Positions 26,685 to 36,100 of a DNA stretch of 64,000 bases are shown here, piece by piece; position 1 is the first letter of the stretch; each line of letters begins with the position of its first letter. The position numbers and the translations under genes were made by a program. A model generated the notes under the pieces. The model ran no database searches. It was not told the DNA's origin and saw only the letters and a program-made list of their open reading frames with translations. The stretch comes from an uncultured Atopobium sp. (GTDB taxonomy: Bacteria > Actinomycetota > Coriobacteriia > Coriobacteriales > Atopobiaceae): the NCBI GenBank assembly GCA_963535155.1, contig CAUSVW010000006.1:3847-67846 (forward strand), written 5' to 3'.

Positions 26685-27620
26685 TTAATTTTGCTCAGAG
26701 GAAGATGTAGCTGAATCAGCGCTGGTAGATTGCGTAGAAACTTCCACAAGACCGGAAATCTTATTGGTAGTTGAGAGGTGTGGCAAGGTGCCAATCCACT
26801 TGTTTCTAATAACTCCCTCGACACCGTTAGATTGAATAGCTGAAAGAGCTTGCTGAATTTGTGTAGCGAGAGCTTTGTTACTGGTTGCTACAGAAATACC
26901 AATCGTGGATGGAACGTCAACTACACCAACCATAGAAATATCTTTGTTTGCTGCTAAATAAGCACCAGCATATGCATCACAGGCCACATAATCGATGGAA
27001 CCATTTTCAAGTGCTTCAAAAGCATCATTTAGGTTAGAAAAACTCTGAACAGACATGCCCGTGAGTACCTGACCCATTGCGCGCTCAGACAAAGAACCCG
27101 TTTGAACGCCAACTGACTTTCCACTCAAACTATCAGCAGTAATGTCTGTCTCTGAACCCTTATGGAAAAGAGCAGTTGCAGACTCAGCATAACCAGAAAT
27201 GAGCGTACTTGTTGAGTCTTCACCACTTCTGACATCCATGACAATGTCACAGCCTGCTTGTAGGCCATCTACTGGTCCATTAACTGATACAAACTTAACG
27301 TCTACGCCTAACTGATCTGCAATTGCAGAAGCTATTTCAACGTCAATTCCCTGCAATGTCCCAGCTTCTGAGGCCACAACCATTGGAGCTGTTACTGACT
27401 GAGTACGTAGACCAACGGTCAAAGTGCCAGCTGTGTGCAGTGAGGAATCAGGAATCTTCTGCTGACGGGCTTCTCGCTTCTCTTGGATTGCCTCTTGCAC
27501 TGACTTGACGTGGAACCATTTATCCAGATCAATGTTTATAGGACCAATGGAACATCCTGTTAAAACAACAGCAAGTGCTATAAGAAGTAACACCTTAAGA
27601 GAGTTTTTACCGCGCATCAT
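26685..27620 (-). CDS. Polar amino-acid-type ABC substrate-binding lipoprotein (family 3)
   Basis: Lipobox LTGC, GTLTVG, GIDVEIASAIADQLG, LSGKSVGVQTGS. Confidence 0.85.
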   Translation of the reverse strand: MMRGKNSLKVLLLIALAVVLTGCSIGPINIDLDKWFHVKSVQEAIQEKREARQQKIPDSSLHTAGTLTVGLRTQSVTAPMVVASEAGTLQGIDVEIASAIADQLGVDVKFVSVNGPVDGLQAGCDIVMDVRSGEDSTSTLISGYAESATALFHKGSETDITADSLSGKSVGVQTGSLSERAMGQVLTGMSVQSFSNLNDAFEALENGSIDYVACDAYAGAYLAANKDISMVGVVDVPSTIGISVATSNKALATQIQQALSAIQSNGVEGVIRNKWIGTLPHLSTTNKISGLVEVSTQSTSADSATSSSEQN

Positions 27621-27644
27621 CAGAACTCCTTCTTCTATTCAGGT

Positions 27645-27901
27645 GTCTTTTCAGCTGACCTGGTATTTGACCCCACACTCGCATACTGGAACGTTTGCTT
27701 TGCTACCGCAGCAGCTCCACTAGTAGTTCTCTCGCCTGCGAGACCCTTTGTCTCTTTGATATAACAGGCGGTATGGCTTACTTCTAGGACGAGCCATGAT
27801 CGTTTACGTGCGCACACGCAAACTTACGTGGATCCCTTTGACCTCGTCTGTCATGGACTAAAAGCTCACAGAGAACTTCGCAACCACAGACCTGAAAAGA
27901 C
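27645..27901 (-). ncRNA. raiA-motif RNA (large structured ncRNA)
   Basis: Conserved blocks GGUCUGUGGUUG, GAUCCACGUAAG, UAGAAGUAAG, GGCGAGAG, UUCCAG..GCGAGUGUGGGGUCAAAUACCAGGUCA; closing stem GUCUUUUCAG/CUGAAAAGAC; TATACT -10 at 27913-27908; comF / SBP / raiA context. Confidence 0.9.
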
Positions 27902-27935
27902 TCATCAAGTATAGCCGTTTGCAACCATAGGTAAC

Positions 27936-28685
27936 TCACCATACGCGAGCTAATGCGCCTACGGTTACAGAATGCACGCCTGCGGCACAAAGTACTCTAG
28001 TGGCTTCTCTAATTGATGCTCCCGTAGTTACAACATCATCTAAAAGTAGAATATTTGATTGATTAACCGGCACAGTACAAGCAATACTTCCTTTCAAATT
28101 TATGTGCCTTTGAGCGGATGAAAGTGTTCTTTGGTCCTTTGCATGAGGACGTATAAGCACGTCATACAAAGGTAAACCTGTAAGCTGGCAGAACGATTGG
28201 GCTACAAGTTCCATATGATCAAAGCCTCTGCGCGCGTACGCTTCTGCAGTTGCTGGAATAAAGGAAACGCCATCAATTTTTAAACTATCAAAGCGAGAGG
28301 CACCGTCACGAGCTTTCCATGCTGAGGCTTCTTCAAGCGCACACAATATAGCTGCAGCAATTACCGGCGCCAGTCGAAGCTCGTGTCCATCCTTAAGCGT
28401 CAAGATCAACCGTGCAGGAGGACCCTTAAATCCCATGGCACAAATGACCGCTCTACTCTCCCACTGAACAGGTCGTTTCTTTTTGTCCGCACACTCTGAA
28501 CAAACAAGCTTCCCATATGGAGCGCCGCAATTAGGACATGCCCACTGCTGAGAAATCCATGGCAGCTTTGCCCGACATTCATCGCAGAGGAGCTGACCGG
28601 GTTTCTCGCACACAACGCAGCGCGTAGGAGCAAGCAGCTCAAGTGTTGAGTTTGCCGTTGCAGTAAGGATAGATGTAGGTTGCAT
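27936..28685 (-). CDS. comF: ComF family protein (double zinc ribbon plus phosphoribosyltransferase domain)
   Basis: CxxC pairs, RRGFDH, ILLLDDVVTTGASI. Confidence 0.9.
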   Translation of the reverse strand: MQPTSILTATANSTLELLAPTRCVVCEKPGQLLCDECRAKLPWISQQWACPNCGAPYGKLVCSECADKKKRPVQWESRAVICAMGFKGPPARLILTLKDGHELRLAPVIAAAILCALEEASAWKARDGASRFDSLKIDGVSFIPATAEAYARRGFDHMELVAQSFCQLTGLPLYDVLIRPHAKDQRTLSSAQRHINLKGSIACTVPVNQSNILLLDDVVTTGASIREATRVLCAAGVHSVTVGALARVW

Positions 28686-28778
28686 TTTTACCCCCAAAAT
28701 CTGGGGGCTGACAGTGAATACAGTCTAGGTCAAAGATCGCAAAATGAAAGGTATTTTAGGTAAACGGAAAAAGATGGC

Positions 28779-29540
28779 TTATCTAAAGCTCCTACCAGTA
28801 AGATTGTATTTTGTGAGGATTCGGCTAACGGATGTTTGCCATGGAAGCCATAACAAAATCAAGAAAACAAGCGTTGCTACGCCGTGCGTTAGATCAAGCG
28901 GAATTGAAGCCGCAAACGCGAGAAGAGCGGATTCAAGCGTTAAGGGATGTACAAATCCAATAACAAAGTACACGTTCATTACAAGACCAAAGAATGGTCC
29001 AGAGATAAACGCCCAGATCATAAGCAAGAAAGGTGGAAGCTTGTGGGGTTTCTCGCCTTGTTGGACGGATGTGCGTTTAGAAGATGCAGGGCGAGCTGAG
29101 GTAAAAGTTGCAAGAAGGCCTCCCAGATAACCAACAAGCCCCCACGCATACATCTGCCATGGCGTCCACGAGCCCTGGCCAAAGAAAACGTTTGAAAGAA
29201 GCGCAGATAAGGCACCTACTAAAAAGCCCGCATGTCTGCCAAGAAACGCTCCCGCGAAGATAGCAACTGCGGAAACAGGCTTTACATATGCGAGAGGTGC
29301 AAAGGCAATTCTTCCCGCAGCCCCCAATGCGCTAAAGACGGCAGTAGGTACCAAATTGGCAACTGAGGGCTTCTTTGCCTCAAAACTTAACATAAATAAT
29401 GCAACTGAAATGATTGCTAAAATAATTGAAGATACCGCGGTAAAATCGGGAAAATATATCATTTCAACAGCAAGAATAATAGGTGTAGCAAAGAGTGCCA
29501 CAACCTCTAAGACTATTGATAACGTGTGCCGATTATCCAC
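28779..29540 (-). CDS. ECF transporter S component (CbrT-like)
   Basis: GRIAFAPL..VKPV, FGQGSWTPWQMYAWG, DLTHG. Confidence 0.85.
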   Translation of the reverse strand: MDNRHTLSIVLEVVALFATPIILAVEMIYFPDFTAVSSIILAIISVALFMLSFEAKKPSVANLVPTAVFSALGAAGRIAFAPLAYVKPVSAVAIFAGAFLGRHAGFLVGALSALLSNVFFGQGSWTPWQMYAWGLVGYLGGLLATFTSARPASSKRTSVQQGEKPHKLPPFLLMIWAFISGPFFGLVMNVYFVIGFVHPLTLESALLAFAASIPLDLTHGVATLVFLILLWLPWQTSVSRILTKYNLTGRSFR

Positions 29541-29633
29541 AAGAACCTCACGCTTACCGTCAAAATAAAAATATCAAGAAGGTCTGTCTTATTTTGGCAT
29601 AAGATGAATTGAAACTACAACAAGGAGGTCTTC

Positions 29634-30095
29634 ATGATCTATCTGGGAAACTTTAGCTACAACGACGAGCTTGATGCTACTGACAACTACTGTCTTATGC
29701 CTTGTATTGTTGAGGCAGATTCCACAGATCATGCACTTGAGCTTTTCTCAGAGCACCTTATTGAGGTTGCAAAATCATCTGACCTGCTTGACGGCGCAAA
29801 AGAGATTTTCTTGGATTCCATTGTTGAGCTGGGAGAAGTTCCTACCACTCCTCTGATTGCTCAGTGGCAAAAAATTATGCCTGCAGGAGTTGGCCTCTGT
29901 AGCATTACCAGCGCTCTTCCAACACTTGAGTTTGATGATGAGACGGCCAATGCCTATGGCTTCAATGAGCATACTCACAATCATGAGGAAGATGAAGAGG
30001 AGTATGAACACGAGGAGTTTGGCGACATCAACGATCTTGACGATGAGCTTCTTGAGGAGCTTGGTCAGGATGAGGAGCCGTTCTTAAGGTTCTAG
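29634..30095 (+). CDS. Acidic hypothetical protein
   Basis: Strong AAGGAGG RBS, coding-like composition, Glu/Asp/His-rich C-terminus. Confidence 0.7.
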   Translation: MIYLGNFSYNDELDATDNYCLMPCIVEADSTDHALELFSEHLIEVAKSSDLLDGAKEIFLDSIVELGEVPTTPLIAQWQKIMPAGVGLCSITSALPTLEFDDETANAYGFNEHTHNHEEDEEEYEHEEFGDINDLDDELLEELGQDEEPFLRF

Positions 30096-30099
30096 CCAC

Positions 30100-31584
30100 C
30101 TACTCTGCCGACCACACCCAAGAGTTTTCAAAGAACTCTGAAGTTGGCTCTGTCAGAGAAATCTGACCATCAAAAACTAGAGAAACGTTATCAGCAACGC
30201 GCGATATCAACTGCATGTCGTGCGTTGCTATTACTATGGTTGCACCTTCTGACTGTGCGCGAGAAAGCAAATTGACAACCGCATCTTTGGTTGGGGCATC
30301 CAAGCCCTTTGTTGGCTCGTCAAGAATAAGCAGTCGCGCTTTTGTAAGCAGCACTTTTACGAGGGCTAAGAGTTGCTGCTGTCCACCAGATAAATCGTAT
30401 GGATGAGAAGACATAAGCTTCTGATATGTTGTGCGAGCAAGAAGTCCCGAAGCTTCCAGAAGCTCCTGAACATCCTGATCAGAATAGGCGCCACTCTGCT
30501 GCCACTGAGCAAGCTCCTCGCCCACACTTTGGCAGGTAAAGAGCAGCTCAGGATTTTGTGGAATGTATCCTTGGGATTGCTGGAGCTGGTTGTAGATATG
30601 TCCGCGCCTTGGGCGGAGAACGCCCGCTGCAAGCTTTAGCAGTGTGGACTTACCTGAGCCATTGCCGCCTACAAGCGCACGAATTTCTCGCCCCGTGACC
30701 TCAAGCGAGCACTTGCTGAGCACCAGCTGCTCACTCTGTGGATACGCAAACGTCACGGCGCTGAACTCGAGCACGGGAGTGTTGTCGGCCACGGCGGATG
30801 CTTGGTTTGGCGCGGAGCTGCGAGGACAAAGCGCCTGGCGAGAAGAGCTGTCTGCTTGGAGCGCATCGGGTTTCTCGCCACCAAGGCAGACGCGCGCGTC
30901 AGCAAGGTACTCGAACGCGGCAACGTCGTGGGTGGCAACAAGCACGGCAACGTTGAGCTCGCGCGCCACTCGCTCCAGGAGCGCGGTGAAACTCTTCTGC
31001 GCAAACGGGTCCAGCTGCGAGGTTGGCTCATCCAGCAAAAGCAGCTTTGGGCGCATGACAAGCGCTGCAGCAAGGGCCACTAGCTGCTGTTCTCCCCCGG
31101 AAAGTTCGTTGCAGCGCTTGTGCAAAAGCGATTCCATGCCAAAGAAACTGACCGTCTCAAAAATACGACGGCGCATTTCTTTCTCTGAAACGCCTCGATT
31201 TTCCAGGCCAAAAGCCAGCTCTTTCAAAGGTGTCTCACACACAAGTGCTTGTGAAGTGGCTTGCGGCACAAATGCAATGGTGTCTACGGATTGCGCCTGC
31301 GTCATCGTAGAAACCTCTTGGCCGCAAACAAAAATGGAGCCCTCTCGCCTACCTTGAGGTGCAATCTCGGGCTTAATGAGGCTCAAAATGGTGGACTTGC
31401 CTGAACCAGTTGGTCCCAGTAAAAGACTAATCTGACCAGCACAAACCTCACAGGAAAAATCTTCTACAACGTTGCGGTCTAAAGTTAGAGCATACGCAAA
31501 CGAGAGATTCTGAATAGCAAGAACTACTTCTTTACTAGCTGAAGTAGTAAGTGAATTCTGAATATAGGAAGAATGCTCACTCAT
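30100..31584 (-). CDS. ECF transporter fused double ATPase (A-A')
   Basis: Two Walker A motifs (GPTGSGKS, GGNGSGKS), two LSGG and two LDEPT; ATGA overlap with the T component. Confidence 0.92.
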   Translation of the reverse strand: MSEHSSYIQNSLTTSASKEVVLAIQNLSFAYALTLDRNVVEDFSCEVCAGQISLLLGPTGSGKSTILSLIKPEIAPQGRREGSIFVCGQEVSTMTQAQSVDTIAFVPQATSQALVCETPLKELAFGLENRGVSEKEMRRRIFETVSFFGMESLLHKRCNELSGGEQQLVALAAALVMRPKLLLLDEPTSQLDPFAQKSFTALLERVARELNVAVLVATHDVAAFEYLADARVCLGGEKPDALQADSSSRQALCPRSSAPNQASAVADNTPVLEFSAVTFAYPQSEQLVLSKCSLEVTGREIRALVGGNGSGKSTLLKLAAGVLRPRRGHIYNQLQQSQGYIPQNPELLFTCQSVGEELAQWQQSGAYSDQDVQELLEASGLLARTTYQKLMSSHPYDLSGGQQQLLALVKVLLTKARLLILDEPTKGLDAPTKDAVVNLLSRAQSEGATIVIATHDMQLISRVADNVSLVFDGQISLTEPTSEFFENSWVWSAE

Positions 31585-32513
31585 ACAGACTGCTCCCATA
31601 AGACAGTATCAATACGCACAAAAATTGCTGGTAAAACGGTAAACAGCACTACGCCCAGATACCAAAAGCTCACTTGGAACTCTGGCATAGTAGGATAAAA
31701 CTGCCAGGCTTGTACCAGCATATACAAAGAAACCGCAGCTATAACGCTTAAGAAAGTAAATACCAGCAACGCCACAGTATCATAGGCGTCAAGCACTTCA
31801 GCGCTCCATCTACTCCTGTGCCCTGCCATCCCCCAACCTCGAGACACGATAGACTGAAACGTACTCATCGACTTCTCCAGCGCGCTCATGCACACTGCGT
31901 TAATGGTGGCAGCTGATTGCACAATAGTTTTTCTCGCGCTCAAAAGACGGCTTTGACTTGGAACACGGCTTTGCTGATGTGACTGCACAGCAGAATCACA
32001 CCTTCTAGCTGCGGTATTTGCTGACTGAATTTGACGGGCTGTTGTCAGATCAGAAAGTAGTTGTGGCATAAGCTGCACAGAAAGACTCAAGACCAGCTGC
32101 AATCCCGGAAAGCGCACGCTTGATCGCTGCAACATCTCGAGCGGCGATACTACTGCAAATAGGCACTCAAGCCAGCTCAAAGTACTTACGAGCACAAGAC
32201 CCGAGGTAGCCCCGTACACCAGACTTTCTGCGTACAGCTGTGTGTGTCCAAAAGAATACAAAACGGTAGAGCCAGATGCCGAGAAAAACGGATTGATTAT
32301 CGCCATCAATATAATAATTGGAGCATACCAAACAAGCTGTTTAGCAGCATGTTTGGTGCCAAACAACTGGATTGTACAAAGCTGCGCCCCTAGAAAAGCA
32401 ATCAGCGCACAGAGAGGTTGAAAAGAAAATGCGGCAAGCACAACCTCGCATCCAAACAGCACAACCGTAGCAAGTGGATGAAGACGAGAAAAGCTTGTGC
32501 GCGCGGGATTCAT
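31581..32513 (-). CDS. ECF transporter T component
   Basis: LHPLA, INPFFS, ESLVYG and SRG coupling motif. Confidence 0.85.
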   Translation of the reverse strand: MNPARTSFSRLHPLATVVLFGCEVVLAAFSFQPLCALIAFLGAQLCTIQLFGTKHAAKQLVWYAPIIILMAIINPFFSASGSTVLYSFGHTQLYAESLVYGATSGLVLVSTLSWLECLFAVVSPLEMLQRSSVRFPGLQLVLSLSVQLMPQLLSDLTTARQIQSANTAARRCDSAVQSHQQSRVPSQSRLLSARKTIVQSAATINAVCMSALEKSMSTFQSIVSRGWGMAGHRSRWSAEVLDAYDTVALLVFTFLSVIAAVSLYMLVQAWQFYPTMPEFQVSFWYLGVVLFTVLPAIFVRIDTVLWEQSV

Positions 32514-33169
32514 TAGTTCACCGCGTTAACGTACGTCCAAACAACCGAATCGCCATCATGCAGAACATATGCATCTGACGTGTAGTTAGGCTGAACACCG
32601 TTAACTGAATATACCCAACCGCTCTGTGGACCATGGTCACGCTCTGCAAGCCCATTAATAGCCGCAACGTACATACCAAACGACGTGCTACGTGCATTTA
32701 CCCCGGCTCCACTTGCAAGCAACGCGTCATAGACTGACGTACCCTCTTGCACCTTGAGGTTGACAGTAAATGAAGACCCTTTGGCTGCAGAGCCGTCAAC
32801 CGTAACACTTACAGAAAGCGCACTATTCTCTTTATGAGGAGCAGCTACAGCGTTTGTTGAGTTACCAGAGTTAGAAGGCTCCGACGTTTTCTGATTAGAA
32901 GAATCCTGCGTTTTAGACGCATCAGCATTTGATTGAGCGTCTGAACTAGAGCTCCCTTGCGTCTGTGACGTCTGAGAGTCTGTTTGTGTGCCAGAAGCAC
33001 CTGCTACCGTCTGACCTTGTGCGGTAGGAGCTTCTTGAGCAGAAGTGCTTGAAGCAGGCGTAAAGAAATACTGAATCAATGTCCATGCAAAGAAAAGCAT
33101 GAACACAAAAGATACTATTGATGCTGCCAAATAGAGAATCCGTTTGGATTCTCTTGTGAGCTTAACCAC
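32513..33169 (-). CDS. Membrane-anchored DUF4430 (transcobalamin-like C-terminal domain) protein
   Basis: GTSVYDAL..YVAAINGLAE...GWVYSVNG..Y.LHDGDSVVWTY after a TM helix and Ser/Thr/Gln linker. Confidence 0.85.
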   Translation of the reverse strand: MVKLTRESKRILYLAASIVSFVFMLFFAWTLIQYFFTPASSTSAQEAPTAQGQTVAGASGTQTDSQTSQTQGSSSSDAQSNADASKTQDSSNQKTSEPSNSGNSTNAVAAPHKENSALSVSVTVDGSAAKGSSFTVNLKVQEGTSVYDALLASGAGVNARSTSFGMYVAAINGLAERDHGPQSGWVYSVNGVQPNYTSDAYVLHDGDSVVWTYVNAVN

Positions 33170-36100
33170 TATCTCACCTGGCCTCGGCCATTGGAAACAT
33201 GGTGAATTGCAGCAGTTTCTTTCTTAAGCAACACTACAAACACTGCAAGAACTGCACCAGAAGCAAAGAAACCAAAGACACTCAGAAGTGGAATGGTAGG
33301 CGCAGAGGACACCTGCTGTGGGGCAGCGGCCTGCTTATTTGAGTATTCAGTAGGTGGAAGCTGCTTCTCGTCAGAGTTAGTGTCTGCAGTCTTGTTCTCA
33401 GATGGAGCCTTTGTAACCTCCTCACCAGCACTCGCAGCGGTGGTCGAGGAAGTTTCATGCGCAGCTGGAGATGAAGGATCTTGAGCTGGCGCGTTTGTAG
33501 CTGTGGAATCTGTCCTGCTAAAAATGTCTCCAGATGGCTGGATATTCTCGCCAGAAGGTTTCTGATTAATAAGCGAGAAAAGCGTGCCGGAGTCGTTGGT
33601 GTAGTAAAGATTGCCCTCAAAATCTGCAATGACCGACGATGTGGTGTAGTTCTGGTGATCTTTATCAGGAGTGTAAATCTGAGCTGCTCGGCTGGTGCCC
33701 AACTTGTATACCCATACGCCACCAGGTAGACCGTTTACCGTGAAATAGGCATAGGTACCGTTTTGTTGAACAGAAACAAGAGGGGTGCTCTGAGACTTAC
33801 CCTTGCCAGCTCGGGCCTGGTCAATCACCGTAAAGGTATCAAGAGAAATCACAGAGATAGTTCCGTAGCCCTCAGCATCGACACCGTTAACAAAGACATT
33901 AGAACCGCTGATAGTTGGTGTAGAGGTAGATTCTGCTGCAAATTTGACTTGCTTCTCTTCAACAAGAGAAGAACCGTTTCTTCTAATCAGGTGCAGCGTA
34001 CCGTCATTTCTGGTTACGGCAAGATAGGTTCCATTACCGTTTTGATCAACAGAGACAGGAACAATACCTGCGCGAATTGGCGAGCCAAGGTTAAGCTCGG
34101 CCTCAATGGCGCCGGTTGTACCGCTGATAAGTCTGACAGAGGAGGACTCGTCGCCAATCATAAAGTCAGAGCCAGAAGCCGCTGCGCCAGACCAGTAATA
34201 ACCTGAAGGCTGACCAGAGGTTGCTCCAGGAATATTTGCAGGCTGTGCATTCTGCTTCCAGCGAAGCGCACCAGTTGTAGCGTCAACAGCAACCATGTAG
34301 CCACCAGCTGCGTCAAATCCGCTCATCTTAGTAAACTCAGCCAAGATGGTGCCATTATTAACCGTCAGGCTAGAAACAGATTGCAGCGCATTGGTGGTAT
34401 CCAGCGGCTCTGTCTTCCAGATGCACTCCATAGTTGTTGCCGAGAATGCGGTAAGACATCCATCATCGGTAGCAACAACAATCATGCCATTAATGTACAG
34501 AGGACGTGCAAAGTACGAAACCTTGGAGCCAATTTGTGCCTCGGCAATAAGGTTACCTGTTGCAGCGTCAACTGCTTTGAGAGTAGAACCGCTTACGTAA
34601 TAGACCGTATCATGAACAATGACCTGATCAGAAACAAATCCAGGTGTATTCTGAGTTCCTTCGGTCACACTCCAACGAAGAGCTGCAGAATTAATGGGGG
34701 TGCTCTGCGTAGTAGTGGAACTGTTTCCGCTACCAAAACCGCTCCAAGATGCCTCGTAGTTAGGGTGCTCAGCAAATGGATTGATGACCAACTCATTTTG
34801 AGGAGTTGGAATGGAGTTATCCTGACCACCATATGTCCAGGTAATGGTAGTGTTTTCGTCCAAGGTAACGTTGTTTGCCATCTTGTCCGAAAGCTGACCG
34901 TTTACAAAGAACTGCCACCATTTATAGGCGCCATCTACCTGCGCTGTTGCAAGCGTAAGTCCCTGTGAAGGCGACGTAATAGAAGACAAATAACCGCCTG
35001 CTGCATCGTAGGTAAGGCCATTATTCTTCAGGTAGTCATACGTTACCTTGTCAGCAGTGGTACCCTTACGAACCTCAATAGTCTGCGTAGGAGCCCAGTG
35101 CTGAGGCTTACCGTCTTTATCAAGACCTACTACAGAAAGAGTGACGGAAACAAGCTGACTTGGATCTGGGTCTTCCTCTACAGGTCGAGCGCCCTTCTCG
35201 CCTGCCACGGTAAAGGTGGCAGAGACCTTCTGGTTAGTAAGGGCCTGGAACTGCTCATTATCTGGATACAAGCTCGCATAGCGAGAATAGCGTGCACTTG
35301 AAAGAAGTGCCGAAACCGTAACAGACGTGTTGTACTCAGGAGTCTGTGCGAGAACAAGATTCTCGTTCTGAATGATTGTTGGCTGAGAAGAACTGTACGT
35401 GCGCGCCTGATCAGCAGGACCCATGGGATCGTATGTTGGGAACTCTGAAGGCACAATACCACTTGCGGTCTTATCGGTATTGTTAACATCATAAGACCAG
35501 GTCAAAGAGCCGTCAGCAGCACGATAGAACTTGTTTGGCGTGGCCAGAGACTCAGAAACGCTATCCTTCTTATTCTGCTGACCAGAAGGAGTAGCAAGTG
35601 CATCCCAGAAATGAGCCTTAGACTCATTCATCAAAGCAAGCTCTGCATCAATGTCAGCCTGATTAAGTGGACTTACCGTAACCGTAAGAGTCTTAGAGAC
35701 TGATACCTCAGGATTTTCTTTATCGGTAACGGTCAGAGTGATGTCTACCTGCTGCGCGGAAGCAGAAGGCAGAGGCTGGTACACCGTTCCTCTATAGCCA
35801 TTGAACGTAATAGCAGCATTGGAGGAAGTGTACGTAAACTGATAGCGCTTTCCGTCCAAGCCAAAGTTCTTTGGTGTAGGCATCTGCAGGTCGTCTGTAA
35901 CCGCCTGAGCATTAATGGAGTGATTGGTATACACGCCTTTAATACTTGATGCCGAGAAACGCCTGTTAATGCGCCTCAACAGATTATTCTGTGCATCGGT
36001 AATAGCCGAAGGATCCCCTGGAACCGTTATGGTAAAGGTTTTCTGATAGTTTGTCTGAGGAGCGTCTGAGCTGCTCAAAGAAACGTTTGCAGTCAGCGTT

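Noticed and set aside
27635..27990. Short ORFs 27635-27817 and 27784-27990
   Set aside because: They overlap the raiA-motif RNA and have no protein features; the region is better explained as ncRNA
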